Positions 29,842 through 39,958 of a stretch of DNA of 63,934 bases are shown here, piece after piece; the stretch's first letter is position 1, and each line of letters starts with the position of its first letter. The DNA is from a virus (lineage: Duplodnaviria; Caudoviricetes). Both the position numbers and the translations under genes were made by a program. The notes under the pieces were generated by a model. The model had not been told where the DNA came from. It did not search any database and worked only from the letters and a program-made list of their open reading frames with translations. The stretch is taken from positions 1-63,934 of IMG/VR virus record IMGVR_UViG_3300035156_000168; one strand, given 5' to 3'.

Positions 29842-30269
29842 CGCTGCAACGGGTGTGCAATTTGGACGGCACGATTATTGACACGTCAGGCGACGACTTT
29901 TTCACGGTCACGCACGGCCGGACCGGGGAGACGAAAGATATCTGCCCGCGCTGTTCCAGGTCGGCGTACTCGGTGGACGTTTGGGCGCCGACGGTCGGTA
30001 AGGATGTCGGTGCTCGGGTGAAGCCGACCGTGTATGCGATGGACAACAACATTCCGTTCGCGTACGACGCGATCGTTGGGGGGACGACGGGCGTGACGGA
30101 GCCGACGTGGCCGACGGTGCCTGGTGAGACGGTGGTCGACGGTGACGTGACGTGGGTCACCCATGAGGGGCCGACCGGTAACTCGGCGGTGTTCCAAACG
30201 ATTCCGGCGCCGCCGAAGTACATTTCGCTGTGGGGTTGGATGACGGGCACCAATGAGTCAGCCGACTGA
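29838..30269 (+). CDS. hypothetical with carbohydrate-binding-like motif
   Basis: GTTG..EPTWPT..GETV.DG.VTW. Confidence 0.55.
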   Translation: MTLQRVCNLDGTIIDTSGDDFFTVTHGRTGETKDICPRCSRSAYSVDVWAPTVGKDVGARVKPTVYAMDNNIPFAYDAIVGGTTGVTEPTWPTVPGETVVDGDVTWVTHEGPTGNSAVFQTIPAPPKYISLWGWMTGTNESAD

Positions 30270-30447
30270 CCCGATCCAACTGGACCCGAACGGGGTGGCG
30301 CGTCGGGCAGCCGCCCGCTATCAGCGGATCATCGCCGACTTGGTCGATGAGAACGCCCGCCTTGAGACGTACATCGCTCAGCTGCTGACCCAACAGCAGC
30401 CGGCAGCCTCTGCGCCTGACGCGTGGGGCGACACAGCCCCCCAGTAA
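30253..30447 (+). CDS. small coiled-coil protein
   Basis: IADLVDENARLE, after tail fibre-like gene. Confidence 0.5.
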   Translation: MSQPTDPIQLDPNGVARRAAARYQRIIADLVDENARLETYIAQLLTQQQPAASAPDAWGDTAPQ

Positions 30448-30518
30448 GTCCGTCACCACCTATTCAGTCCCCAGCGCTTCGCGTGTGGGGCTTCAACCCA
30501 TGCCCGAAAGGAAACCCC

Positions 30519-30836
30519 GTGGCCGACAAGAAGGTGAAGCTCGTCACGTCGTACAAGACCGACGACGGGCAGACGATGTACGAGTTCCGCTGCCCATACC
30601 CGACGGGGTGCGGCGAGAACGCACTGGACCCAGACGCGACGCCGTATCGGGCGTTCAACCTCGCCGACCGTGAGTGGGCTGTCGCCCGCGGCAAGCAACA
30701 CCTCGCGGAACACGAAAGCACAGCCGACCCGAACCGCGACAACGAACTCACACCTGAGATGCACGAGTTCAGGGTCGCTCTCGGCATCGCCGCCGCTGCC
30801 GCACCAACCGTAAACCCCGACGACTGGGAGCTGTGA
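30519..30836 (+). CDS. hypothetical
   Basis: GAAAGGA RBS. Confidence 0.6.
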   Translation: MADKKVKLVTSYKTDDGQTMYEFRCPYPTGCGENALDPDATPYRAFNLADREWAVARGKQHLAEHESTADPNRDNELTPEMHEFRVALGIAAAAAPTVNPDDWEL

Positions 30837-30839
30837 GTC

Positions 30840-31388
30840 ATGGCCGCTATCACTGCTGGCGAAATCTTGTGGAAACTGACGACCTCGGCTGTTGTTGCTG
30901 GCAACAGCACGAGCAACACCACCCCTGGCACGTATCTGGGTGGGCATGTCACGTCGAACAACTACGCCGACAACGGACCGCTGTTCCCTGACGTGACTGG
31001 TGCGCAGAACGCCGCGAACCAGGTCGATTACGCCGGGATGGCTATTCACAACAGCAACGGCGCGAACAACTACGTAGGTGCGGTTGTGTACATCTCGTCC
31101 GACGACGGTTTGGGTGCGTCCATCGCCATTGGTGTGGACACTACGGCGCAGACGGCGGTCGGTGCTGCGTCGGGCACGCCGCAGCTGGTGACTATTGCGA
31201 ACAGCACAACGGCTCCGGCTGGTGTGACGTTCTCGGCGCCAACCACGGCCGCTGGCGGGATTGCGCTCGGAACCATCAACTTCGGGAACGTGCGCGGGTT
31301 CTGGGTTCGGCGTACGGCAGCGAACACCGCCGCCCGTTCCGGCGACACGGTCACCCTCGCAGTCAGCGGCGACACCGGCTCACTGTGA
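30840..31388 (+). CDS. minor tail/virion protein
   Basis: LFPDVTG..N, FWVRRT, VSGDT. Confidence 0.65.
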   Translation: MAAITAGEILWKLTTSAVVAGNSTSNTTPGTYLGGHVTSNNYADNGPLFPDVTGAQNAANQVDYAGMAIHNSNGANNYVGAVVYISSDDGLGASIAIGVDTTAQTAVGAASGTPQLVTIANSTTAPAGVTFSAPTTAAGGIALGTINFGNVRGFWVRRTAANTAARSGDTVTLAVSGDTGSL

Positions 31389-31507
31389 CCGTCCGTCGGC
31401 GGACAGTCCTCGGATTCACGGCGGCTGTCCCGCTCGACCGTCTGACGCGCCGCAAACCGAAGCCTCGCCGCGGCGTCTACAACAACCGCTACTCCGACAC
31501 CTACTAA
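31385..31507 (+). CDS. 40-aa basic peptide ending YNNRYSDTY (not in ORF track)
   Basis: GTGA coupling, fills the gap before the next RBS. Confidence 0.45.
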   Translation: MTVRRRTVLGFTAAVPLDRLTRRKPKPRRGVYNNRYSDTY

Positions 31508-31519
31508 GGGAGTCCGCCC

Positions 31520-31918
31520 ATGCCCACAGCGCCGAACCTGCCGACAAGCGGCCTCACCTCGGGTGTGTCGTCGGGTGCGCTCACCAACTGGTACACCCTC
31601 AACGGGATCGCGAACAGCATCTATCTCGCGTCGATCGGCACGACCCGCACTGGGGCGTACACGTTGACGCAGGCGAACTCGGGCGAGTTAATTCCGGTAA
31701 ACGCGGCAGGGTCGGTGGCGATCACCGTCCCCGTCCTCGCCGTCGGCACCAGCGTCGAGCTGTTGCGGCAGGGTGCGGGTGCGGTGACGTTGACGGCGTC
31801 GGGCACGACGTTCCTGGTGCCGGCCGGGTCGACAGCAACCCCGCGTGTGCAGGGGTCAGTAATGGCGCTGCTGTGGCTGACAACGACGTCGGTGTTGGTC
31901 AGCGGGGACCTCACCTGA
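31520..31918 (+). CDS. minor tail/virion protein
   Basis: AAGGGAG RBS; YTL...G.L, Q.GAG.VT, ends GDL. Confidence 0.65.
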   Translation: MPTAPNLPTSGLTSGVSSGALTNWYTLNGIANSIYLASIGTTRTGAYTLTQANSGELIPVNAAGSVAITVPVLAVGTSVELLRQGAGAVTLTASGTTFLVPAGSTATPRVQGSVMALLWLTTTSVLVSGDLT

Positions 31919-33492
31919 TGGCTCTCCGCAAAGCGCGCCGCCGCGGCATTCAACGCATCGGCATCCCAGTGTCGGCCCCGGTCGCCTACGTCAACAACGC
32001 GTCGGTGATCGACGCTTTCACCGACCCCGTCCTGGTTGTCCCGACTGGGGTGGCGGCGGCGCACACATGCATCGCGATCGTGACCGTGCAGAACCGTGCA
32101 GCGGTGTTCACCACCCCAACCGGGTGGACGGCTGGCGGGACGAGGGTGGCGACTGGTGCGTTGCAGTTCACGTCTGCGCTGTTCTACCGCAGCGGCTTGT
32201 CGGCGGGGCAGTCGGTGACGTTTGTGACGTCGGACACCACCAGCAACCGAGGCATCGCCTTCCTGGCGTTCTCGGGTGGCGACGGCACCCTCGACGGGGT
32301 CGCGTCGTCAGCGGAGACAGTGTGGGGCACAACCCACACTGCACCCAACATCACCCCTGTCAACGCTGGCACTTTGCCGGTGACGATTTGTGTGGACCCG
32401 GGTGCGTCGTCGTTCACCGTCCCCGCTGGTTGGACGGAGCGGCTGGACACCGGCAACGTCAACTTCAACAACGGCGCTGTGGCGGCGACCCGCGACACCG
32501 CCACCACAGCAGCGAACCAGGTCGTCACCGGCCCCGTCGTCACAGCCGGGTCGGCGTCGGACTACTCGCTGATGTGGACGATCGGCATCAAGAAGACCGG
32601 CGGGGTTGGTGGCGGCACGCCGGGTGCGACCCGAGTCCTCGACTTGGCGGCTTGGTTGTACGACCCGATTCCCGCGAACCCGGTGTTGGACAGCCAAAGC
32701 GCAGCGATTTCGGCTGCTTTGGCTGGCGGGTCGCACATCGCGAACATGGTCGACTTTGGGACGACGATGGTCCGTACCGGAGTGACAGCGGCGACACCTC
32801 GCTACGACGTCCAGTTTGAGTATGTGCCCGAGTGGGGTTCCGATCCGTTCGGCACTGAGACGATGCCGATCCCGGCTGGAACGGTGGTGCCGCCTGGCAC
32901 GGACGGGCATGTGTCGATTGTTGACCCGACCACCCAGCAGATTTATTCGTTGTGGGCGGCGAACTTCAACGGGACGGTGAAGACGGCGGGGTTCGGCGCG
33001 AAGGTTGCGTTGTACGGCGACGGTCGGGAGATTACTGGGTCGTCGACGGGTGCGAACTTGTGCCGGTACGCCGGTGTCGTCGGTGAGGACGAGCTGATCG
33101 CGGGGAACATCAACCACGCCCTGTTCTTCTCGACCGACATGGCTCGCTTGACGACGTTTAGGTATCCGGCGGTGAAGACGGACGGGTCGAACTTGGTGGG
33201 TAGTTCGGTGACCATCGAGGAGGGCGCCCGGGTGCAACTGAACCCGGCTGTCAACGTCGACGCCATCCCCGGCATCACCGCAGGCGAACGGACTGTCGCG
33301 AAGGCGCTGCAAACCTACGGCGCGTATTGCGGCGACAACGGCGGTGGGCGTATGGCGTTCATCTTCGAGTACACCGCCGCGACGATCCAGCAAACTCGGT
33401 ATCCGAGCGTCGGTTTGGCGTGGGACTACTTCGACATGTCGCACATTCCGTGGAACCAACTGCGGGTCCTCAACTCTTGGAACGGAACCTGA
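31918..33492 (+). CDS. minor tail protein, two domains
   Basis: PTGWT/PAGWT beta-rich N-terminus; C-terminal DGH...HAL...EGAR.QL...ALQTYG..D.GG domain. Confidence 0.65.
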   Translation: MALRKARRRGIQRIGIPVSAPVAYVNNASVIDAFTDPVLVVPTGVAAAHTCIAIVTVQNRAAVFTTPTGWTAGGTRVATGALQFTSALFYRSGLSAGQSVTFVTSDTTSNRGIAFLAFSGGDGTLDGVASSAETVWGTTHTAPNITPVNAGTLPVTICVDPGASSFTVPAGWTERLDTGNVNFNNGAVAATRDTATTAANQVVTGPVVTAGSASDYSLMWTIGIKKTGGVGGGTPGATRVLDLAAWLYDPIPANPVLDSQSAAISAALAGGSHIANMVDFGTTMVRTGVTAATPRYDVQFEYVPEWGSDPFGTETMPIPAGTVVPPGTDGHVSIVDPTTQQIYSLWAANFNGTVKTAGFGAKVALYGDGREITGSSTGANLCRYAGVVGEDELIAGNINHALFFSTDMARLTTFRYPAVKTDGSNLVGSSVTIEEGARVQLNPAVNVDAIPGITAGERTVAKALQTYGAYCGDNGGGRMAFIFEYTAATIQQTRYPSVGLAWDYFDMSHIPWNQLRVLNSWNGT

Positions 33493-33881
33493 TGGCTGCC
33501 ACCACCACCCGCCTGCACATCATCTGCACCGACGCCGCCCGGCAGTTGGTTAACGACACTCTGCGGAACGTTGACCCGACGTCGGTGGGCGACCCGATCA
33601 CCGTCCCCCTGAAAATGGCTGACGACCCGACGGATGCGGTGGTGGCTTGGGGTGCGTCGTGGGCGATGGACGGCGCAACCAACAATGCTTTCCGTAACGC
33701 AGTCCGTGATGCTGGATGGTCGCCGCGCCCCACCAACGCCGAACGCACCGTCTACGGCCCCACGTCGAACGTGCCCGCGTTCGGCACACAAAGGCTGTGG
33801 CTGTGGGACGGCTACACCGTCGACTTCTGGGCTAGCGTGACCGACCTCGGGCTGTCGCGGATCGAAGACAACAGCCACTAA
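33492..33881 (+). CDS. hypothetical
   Basis: TGATG coupling. Confidence 0.55.
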   Translation: MAATTTRLHIICTDAARQLVNDTLRNVDPTSVGDPITVPLKMADDPTDAVVAWGASWAMDGATNNAFRNAVRDAGWSPRPTNAERTVYGPTSNVPAFGTQRLWLWDGYTVDFWASVTDLGLSRIEDNSH

Positions 33882-35293
33882 TGGCGTTACCGACACCGAC
33901 GTTTCGGTGGCGAGCCGGGAACGTCACCGGGTTAGCGGACGGTGCAGCGGTTGACACCGTCCCCGGCGAAGGAACCGTCACCACGTCGATGGTGCAAACG
34001 GTGAGCACGAAGCGTCCGTTGTGGCGGGCTGCCGGTTTGAACGGGCAGCCGTCGTTTGAGTTGGACGGCGTCGACGACGCGTTCAGCACATCGGCGACGA
34101 TCACGAGACCGCAGAACGCCACTTGGATTGCGGTGCTTCGACCCAGCAACGTCAACACGTTGCAGCCGCTGCACATGTCGTCTCAGGAAATGTTTCAGGA
34201 CACCGGGCAGCACGGCATTTACGTCGCAGCTCCTTGCACCATCCCGGGCGCGGCGTCGGCTAACGTGTCGCAGGCGTGGACAGGTTTGTATGCGGGGGCG
34301 GCGTCGCAGTTCCGGAAGAACGGGACAACGGTCGCGTCGGCTTCCTTGACGTCACCAGCGACGGCGGCGGTGACCGCGTTCATGGGGACAACTGCCACCG
34401 CGACGCGTCCGTTCGCTGGGCAGTACGCCGAGTTGATCGGCTGGAACTATGTGCTGTCGGCCGCCGAACTCGTCGACGCCCACATCTATGTGCAGGACAC
34501 GTACGGCATCACGATGGCCGGAACTGCCCCGCCGACCATCGAAATCACGCTGCGAGCGGTCGGTGCGCACACCGCCGCCGCTGCCGCTGTCACCCCTTTG
34601 GCACCGGGGGTCCCGGCTGGGGTGGTGGCCGGCGACATGTCCATTTTGACGGTGCAGGGGAAACGGACGGCTGCCGCGACGGCTCCGACGGTCACGACGC
34701 CGACCGGTTGGACGTTGATCTCAACCACCCACGCACCTGGGGTTGTGGCGGGCGTCGACACCGGCTCGAACACGGTCGCGAACTTTTACCGCACAGACAC
34801 CTACACAGCCCCGTCGATTGTCACCTCAGGGTTCGACTCGGCGGGTGCGGTCATCACCGCCTACACGACCGCTGGGACGAGTTGGGCGGCCCCGGTGGTC
34901 ACGTCAGGGTCGGACACCGTCTCAGGGGCGGGCGGGTCGATCACTGGCGCGGCTGGGTTGGATGTGGCACCGCTCGATTTGGTGCAAGTGTCGGCTGGCC
35001 TGTCGGGGGACATCGGCGCCGTCACCGTCCCCACCATCGGTGGGATGGGCGGCGCGACGTTGGGTGGCACGTCGTCGCGGGTCAACTTTGCTGTGACGAC
35101 CGGCAACGACTCGCGCACGCTGGTGGCGGACTGCCAAGTCGACTCGGGCACGTCGAATGCGTCGCCGACGTTCACGTTCACCAACGCATCCGCAACCACC
35201 TCCCACGCCCAGTTCGTGCGGTTGCGGGGGATCGCCGCCGGTGGCGGACAAACCGAACCAGCACTCCCGATCATCGTTCTCCGCACCCGCTAG
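33881..35293 (+). CDS. minor tail protein, LamG/ConA-like N-terminus
   Basis: LNGQPS...DGVDD, F.G..AELI. Confidence 0.65.
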   Translation: MALPTPTFRWRAGNVTGLADGAAVDTVPGEGTVTTSMVQTVSTKRPLWRAAGLNGQPSFELDGVDDAFSTSATITRPQNATWIAVLRPSNVNTLQPLHMSSQEMFQDTGQHGIYVAAPCTIPGAASANVSQAWTGLYAGAASQFRKNGTTVASASLTSPATAAVTAFMGTTATATRPFAGQYAELIGWNYVLSAAELVDAHIYVQDTYGITMAGTAPPTIEITLRAVGAHTAAAAAVTPLAPGVPAGVVAGDMSILTVQGKRTAAATAPTVTTPTGWTLISTTHAPGVVAGVDTGSNTVANFYRTDTYTAPSIVTSGFDSAGAVITAYTTAGTSWAAPVVTSGSDTVSGAGGSITGAAGLDVAPLDLVQVSAGLSGDIGAVTVPTIGGMGGATLGGTSSRVNFAVTTGNDSRTLVADCQVDSGTSNASPTFTFTNASATTSHAQFVRLRGIAAGGGQTEPALPIIVLRTR

Positions 35294-35302
35294 GAGTCAC
35301 AC

Positions 35303-35740
35303 ATGGCACGGTTCTCTGCTGGCGGTATCACAACCGCCGGTTCGACCACGCTGCCCGTTTCGTCGCTGTACTCAACTGCCACGATGCGAGCCCGGGTCCG
35401 GGAAATCGGCGTGTTCAACACGACGACGACTGCTGTCGCGTTGCGGCTGGTTCGGTTGACCACCACCGGCACACGAGGCGCAGCTCTCACCGCAGGAGCC
35501 ACTTACGCAGAGGACCCCACTCCTCCTATCTGTATCGCCTACAACACGCACACTGTCGCTCCGACAATGACCGACCTCGGGTTCCGGGTCCAACTGGGGG
35601 CTGCGATCGGGTCCGGTTTTGTGTGGACGTTCGACGACTTCGTCCTCACTATCGGCGCGGTAGCGAACTCTGGTATCGGCATTGTCCCTGACACCGGCAC
35701 CGGGCAAGCACTCTCGATCTATTGGCACTGGACCGAGTGA
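35303..35740 (+). CDS. virion protein
   Basis: AGGAG RBS; ends WTE. Confidence 0.6.
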   Translation: MARFSAGGITTAGSTTLPVSSLYSTATMRARVREIGVFNTTTTAVALRLVRLTTTGTRGAALTAGATYAEDPTPPICIAYNTHTVAPTMTDLGFRVQLGAAIGSGFVWTFDDFVLTIGAVANSGIGIVPDTGTGQALSIYWHWTE

Positions 35741-35763
35741 CCTCAACGGGACAGAGGTAGGCC

Positions 35764-37683
35764 ATGTCCTCTCTCGTCCGGTATGGCGTACCGCGCGGCA
35801 GCGATGTCGGTGGCCGATCCGCCTCGCGGATCGTCGCCGTCCCTGTTACACCGGAAGCGGAACTCACCCCTGTCGGGAATAGCCGCACTGCGACGTGGGG
35901 AACCGCGCAGCAGGTGCAAAACACCCGCACGGCGTCGTGGGCGACGCTGGCTGCCCTACTGGTCACCAGGTCGGCGTCGTGGGTGACACGCACATCGGTG
36001 GTCAACACCCGCACCGCCACGTGGGTCACCGCCGCTTCGGTTCTGGGCACGCGGTCGGCGACGTGGGCGACCCGCACAAGCGTCGTCAACTTGCGCGCCG
36101 CGACGTGGGCTGTTCTGACCCCGACGGCCAGTGCCCGCACCGCTACATGGGTCACCCGGTCGGTGACCACCGCCACACGCCTTGCGTCGTGGGCTGTGCT
36201 CACTCCCACCACCAACACTCGCAGCGCGACGTGGGCGACGCTGACCGCTGTCGGCAACACACGCAGCGTCATGTGGGCTGTCCTCACACCAACCACCGCC
36301 ACGCGTACTGCCACGTGGTCGGTGCTCACCGCCACCACAAACACCCGCGCCGCCACATGGGTGACAGCGTTCGCTGTTCTCACCACGCGCTCCGCGACAT
36401 GGAATGTTGCTGGGTCGCTGTTCACCGTGGCCTCCGCCCGCACCGCAACTTGGACCGTTCTAGCCGCTGCCAGCAACACACGGGCAGCGACATGGACGGC
36501 CCTTCGTGCTATTACGGCGAGCCGCAGCGCGACGTGGGCGACACTCGCTGCTGTCGTCGGCACCCGGTCGGCGCTGTGGGCCACAACCTCCGTCGTCGCT
36601 GGTAGCCGTTCAGCAACGTGGGCGACATCCACCGTCACCGTCACGACCCGCAGCGTCACCTCGCACACCGCAGCTATCGTCACCGCGACGCGAACAGCCA
36701 CCTGGCAGATACTCACCCCGACCACGAACACACGCTCCGCGACGTGGGCTGTCCTGTCGACGCGCGCCAACACCCGCAGCGCCACATGGCTGACAGCTGC
36801 CGCAGTCGTAGTCACCCGCTCAGCGACGTGGAACACCGCCGGGTCGCTGTACACAGTCGCCGGTCAGCGCACCGCAACTTGGACGACCCGGGCCGCTGTT
36901 GTCGTCACCCGCTCCGCGACGTGGGCAACCACAACTGCGACAACGAGCAGCCGCACAGCACTGTGGGTCACCCGCCAAACGTTGACAGCAACCCGCTCCG
37001 CGACTTGGACCACGCGCACAGCAGTCAACGCCAATCGCACCGCAACATGGCTGACCGCGACAGCCATCACAGGCAGCCGCACAGCCACGTGGCAGGTCGC
37101 TGGCGTCCAACTGACCGTCACCGGAACCCGCACTGCCACTTGGCAGGTGCGGTCCCTCACAACGGCATCCAGGGCCGCCACGTGGCAAGTGCTCACCGCC
37201 ACCACCGGCAGCCGCACAGCGACTTGGGCGGTGCTGAGCAGCCGCAGCAACACCCGCACAGCGACGTGGCTTACACGTGCGTCCGTCACCGGCAACTGCA
37301 CGGCGTCTTGGGCGACAGCCGCCGCCCTCACCGACAGCCGTGCCGCGACGTGGGCTGTCCTCACGGCAACCACAGACACCCGCTCCGTCAGTTGGAACGT
37401 CAACACTGGCATCACCAGCAGCCGCGACGCGACCTGGACTGTCTACCGCAGCATCGTCTCCACACGCATCGCGCTGTGGGTCGTTGCCGTTCTCATCCCC
37501 GAATTCACATATCGCGAAGACGCCGGACGCACCCACAGACCTTCGTCGCTCATCACACCCCGACCCATCGCCACCGACACATACGAAGACGTCTACTGCA
37601 ACAACTACACGACGGTTTACACCTTGCGGCCCGCTATCAGTACAACGCCCCGCGAACTGACGGGCGTGACTTATCGCCCATGA
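35764..37683 (+). CDS. 11-residue TRxATW repeat protein
   Basis: About 48-50 tandem copies of (T/S)R(S/T/A)A(T/S)W; GAGG RBS. Confidence 0.8.
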   Translation: MSSLVRYGVPRGSDVGGRSASRIVAVPVTPEAELTPVGNSRTATWGTAQQVQNTRTASWATLAALLVTRSASWVTRTSVVNTRTATWVTAASVLGTRSATWATRTSVVNLRAATWAVLTPTASARTATWVTRSVTTATRLASWAVLTPTTNTRSATWATLTAVGNTRSVMWAVLTPTTATRTATWSVLTATTNTRAATWVTAFAVLTTRSATWNVAGSLFTVASARTATWTVLAAASNTRAATWTALRAITASRSATWATLAAVVGTRSALWATTSVVAGSRSATWATSTVTVTTRSVTSHTAAIVTATRTATWQILTPTTNTRSATWAVLSTRANTRSATWLTAAAVVVTRSATWNTAGSLYTVAGQRTATWTTRAAVVVTRSATWATTTATTSSRTALWVTRQTLTATRSATWTTRTAVNANRTATWLTATAITGSRTATWQVAGVQLTVTGTRTATWQVRSLTTASRAATWQVLTATTGSRTATWAVLSSRSNTRTATWLTRASVTGNCTASWATAAALTDSRAATWAVLTATTDTRSVSWNVNTGITSSRDATWTVYRSIVSTRIALWVVAVLIPEFTYREDAGRTHRPSSLITPRPIATDTYEDVYCNNYTTVYTLRPAISTTPRELTGVTYRP

Positions 37684-37745
37684 CCCTATGTGAGAAGGGC
37701 CTGCCACTTGACTACCCAACCCTGACGCAGCGAAAGCGGCACGCA

Positions 37746-38204
37746 ATGACCCGCACACCCAAACGGCAGCAGGAATATGAGATCGTGCGCAAGATCGACG
37801 AAGCCTCCCCCTCGGCGCTGTTTGCCACGCAAGCGTGGGCGTGGGCCGCCATCGTCTACGGCGCCATCACCATCGCATCAGGGCCCAGTCGTTACACCAG
37901 TCCCACGTTTGTCGCCCTCAACCAAGTCCCCGGCTCCCCCTACATCTGGGGCGCACTGTTCATCATCGCCGGTGCCACAGTCAAAGTCGGATGCACCACG
38001 GCGCGCTGGAAGCTCCGCGACACCGGGATCTGGCTGCTGACTGTCATGTTCCTCGGATTCGCTGGCTGCTTCGTCTACGCCGCTGTAGTGAACCCTCACG
38101 CGCCCATCGGCGGAGCTGTCATCTACGCCGCCATAGCACTGCAACTGATGGTGCTCCGCCGACTCAGAGGAAAGCCGCCCACTCATGATGCGACGAATCG
38201 TTGA
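37746..38204 (+). CDS. membrane protein (about 4 TM)
   Basis: Hydrophobic helices, lysis region. Confidence 0.65.
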   Translation: MTRTPKRQQEYEIVRKIDEASPSALFATQAWAWAAIVYGAITIASGPSRYTSPTFVALNQVPGSPYIWGALFIIAGATVKVGCTTARWKLRDTGIWLLTVMFLGFAGCFVYAAVVNPHAPIGGAVIYAAIALQLMVLRRLRGKPPTHDATNR

Positions 38205-38583
38205 CGCTTCCCTGCCCGCCGGCTGCCTGTTCGCCATTACCCCCGCCGCTGCTGGTTGGCAGAAGCTCCCCGACAGCCTGGAAGCAACCCTCGGTCACTT
38301 CTGGGGGCAGACATGGGCGGCCACCCTCGCCGCGTCCATGCTCGCCATTCTCGTCGGCATCTGCCTCCGCCGCCCCCGTCCCTCTCTCGCCTACCTCATC
38401 GAATGGCCGGCGCTCATCTTCGCAGCCATCATCTCCACCATCTACGGTTCCGCAATCTGGCTGCGGTTCGGCACCCCGTCGTGGATCGCGATCTGGTTTG
38501 TGTACGCCATCGGCCTCCACTTCCTTGCCCGGTTCGCGGAACTCGCCTACGCGCACCAAGTGGTGGCTAAGAGGGGCGAATGA
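38185..38583 (+). CDS. membrane protein
   Basis: Hydrophobic helices. Confidence 0.65.
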   Translation: MMRRIVDASLPAGCLFAITPAAAGWQKLPDSLEATLGHFWGQTWAATLAASMLAILVGICLRRPRPSLAYLIEWPALIFAAIISTIYGSAIWLRFGTPSWIAIWFVYAIGLHFLARFAELAYAHQVVAKRGE

Positions 38584-39023
38584 CTACCGGCGGCGCGTGG
38601 ATAGCGATCGTGACTTCGATCATCGCCGGACTCGCAGGGTTCGCCGCCCTCATCCGCACCTTTCTTGAACGGCCCAAATATCGCGCGGACGCGATGACGC
38701 TCGTCACCCAAGCCGCCACCGATCAGATGGCGACATTGAAAGGCGACAACGACGACGTGCGGAAACGACTGAGTGCTGTCGAAGCGAAACTCGAAGTGGC
38801 GCTGGAAAAGGTCGACGCCGCCGAAAGCAAACTCGAAGACTCAGAACGGCTCAACCGGCAATTACGACAGCAACTGCGGGTGCTGATGCAGCACGCCCGC
38901 CGCGCGCAGGAATGGTCCGACAAGTACTACAACGCCGGACACCCACCGGGTATGCAGCCGCCGCCGCGCATCCCCTACTTCGACGACAGCCTGTTCGACG
39001 CCGACGACAAGGAGTCACCCTGA
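38580..39023 (+). CDS. N-terminal TM plus coiled-coil lysis-cassette protein
   Basis: TM helix, coiled coil, PPP tail. Confidence 0.65.
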   Translation: MTTGGAWIAIVTSIIAGLAGFAALIRTFLERPKYRADAMTLVTQAATDQMATLKGDNDDVRKRLSAVEAKLEVALEKVDAAESKLEDSERLNRQLRQQLRVLMQHARRAQEWSDKYYNAGHPPGMQPPPRIPYFDDSLFDADDKESP

Positions 39024-39958
39024 TGGCCGACAGAACCAAACGACTCGCGTCGGTAGGTGTGGCTGCGGTGCTGATCGCATCCGGCGCCGTGTACGCCGCC
39101 GCCGATGCCCCTGCGAACGCGTGCGACTCGGTGTCGTCGTCGGCGATCGACACCATCCGGGAGTTGAAAGCCTACGAGGATTGCAGGTTTGATCGGGTCG
39201 AGGCGCAGCTGTCGCGAATCGAAGGTGGCACGCCGTCTCCGACTCCGACGGCGACAACAACCGCATCACCGACACCGACCGCCACCTCCACCACGTCCCC
39301 GCTGGCGGGCCCGACCGGCGTGGCCGGGACGTGGACGCGCAGGTTCACCGACGAGTTTTCCGGCACCGCAATCGACCGGAGCCGGTGGACCACCCTCGAC
39401 GGGTGGCGGATGAACAACGTCACTACCCGCGACCGGAACGTCACCGTCACCGGCGGCAACGCTGTCCTCACCTTGTCGTCAGCCACCGAAGGCGCCGAAC
39501 TCGACAGCGCACCCTACGACGGCGCCGGAGCGAACGGCTACCTGCTGCCAGTGGGCGGGTTTGTTGAAGCGCGGATCATGTTCCCGGGTGATGGCACCGA
39601 CCTGTACAACTGGCCCGCGTGGTGGGCGTCCGGCCCCAACTGGCCGGCAGCCGGCGAACACGACATCGCTGAAGTGTTGGGCGGCGACCTGACCGTCAAC
39701 TACCACTCACCGAACGTCAACCACAACCTCGGCGAACCAACCGGCTACTGGGGCGACGCATTCCACACCTACGGGCTGCACCGCAAAGCAGGATCAGCCG
39801 ACGTCTACTTCGACGGACGCCTCGTCGAGACGTACCGCACCGAAGACAACGGACAAGGCGAAGCGCTGCTCATCAACATTGGTGTCGGGCAAGGGTCACG
39901 CACTGTCACCGGTGCCGCTGGTGCTGTGAAGGTCGACTACGTGAGGGCATGGCAGTGA
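39023..39958 (+). CDS. secreted GH16 glycoside hydrolase
   Basis: Signal peptide, P/T linker, F.DEF.G, WPAWW, catalytic GEHDIAE, VDYVRAWQ. Confidence 0.85.
   Translation: MADRTKRLASVGVAAVLIASGAVYAAADAPANACDSVSSSAIDTIRELKAYEDCRFDRVEAQLSRIEGGTPSPTPTATTTASPTPTATSTTSPLAGPTGVAGTWTRRFTDEFSGTAIDRSRWTTLDGWRMNNVTTRDRNVTVTGGNAVLTLSSATEGAELDSAPYDGAGANGYLLPVGGFVEARIMFPGDGTDLYNWPAWWASGPNWPAAGEHDIAEVLGGDLTVNYHSPNVNHNLGEPTGYWGDAFHTYGLHRKAGSADVYFDGRLVETYRTEDNGQGEALLINIGVGQGSRTVTGAAGAVKVDYVRAWQ

Noticed and set aside
25335-37683. Diversity-generating retroelement acting on tail genes
   Set aside because: No reverse transcriptase and no template/variable repeat pair differing at adenines; the repeats seen are protein-level.
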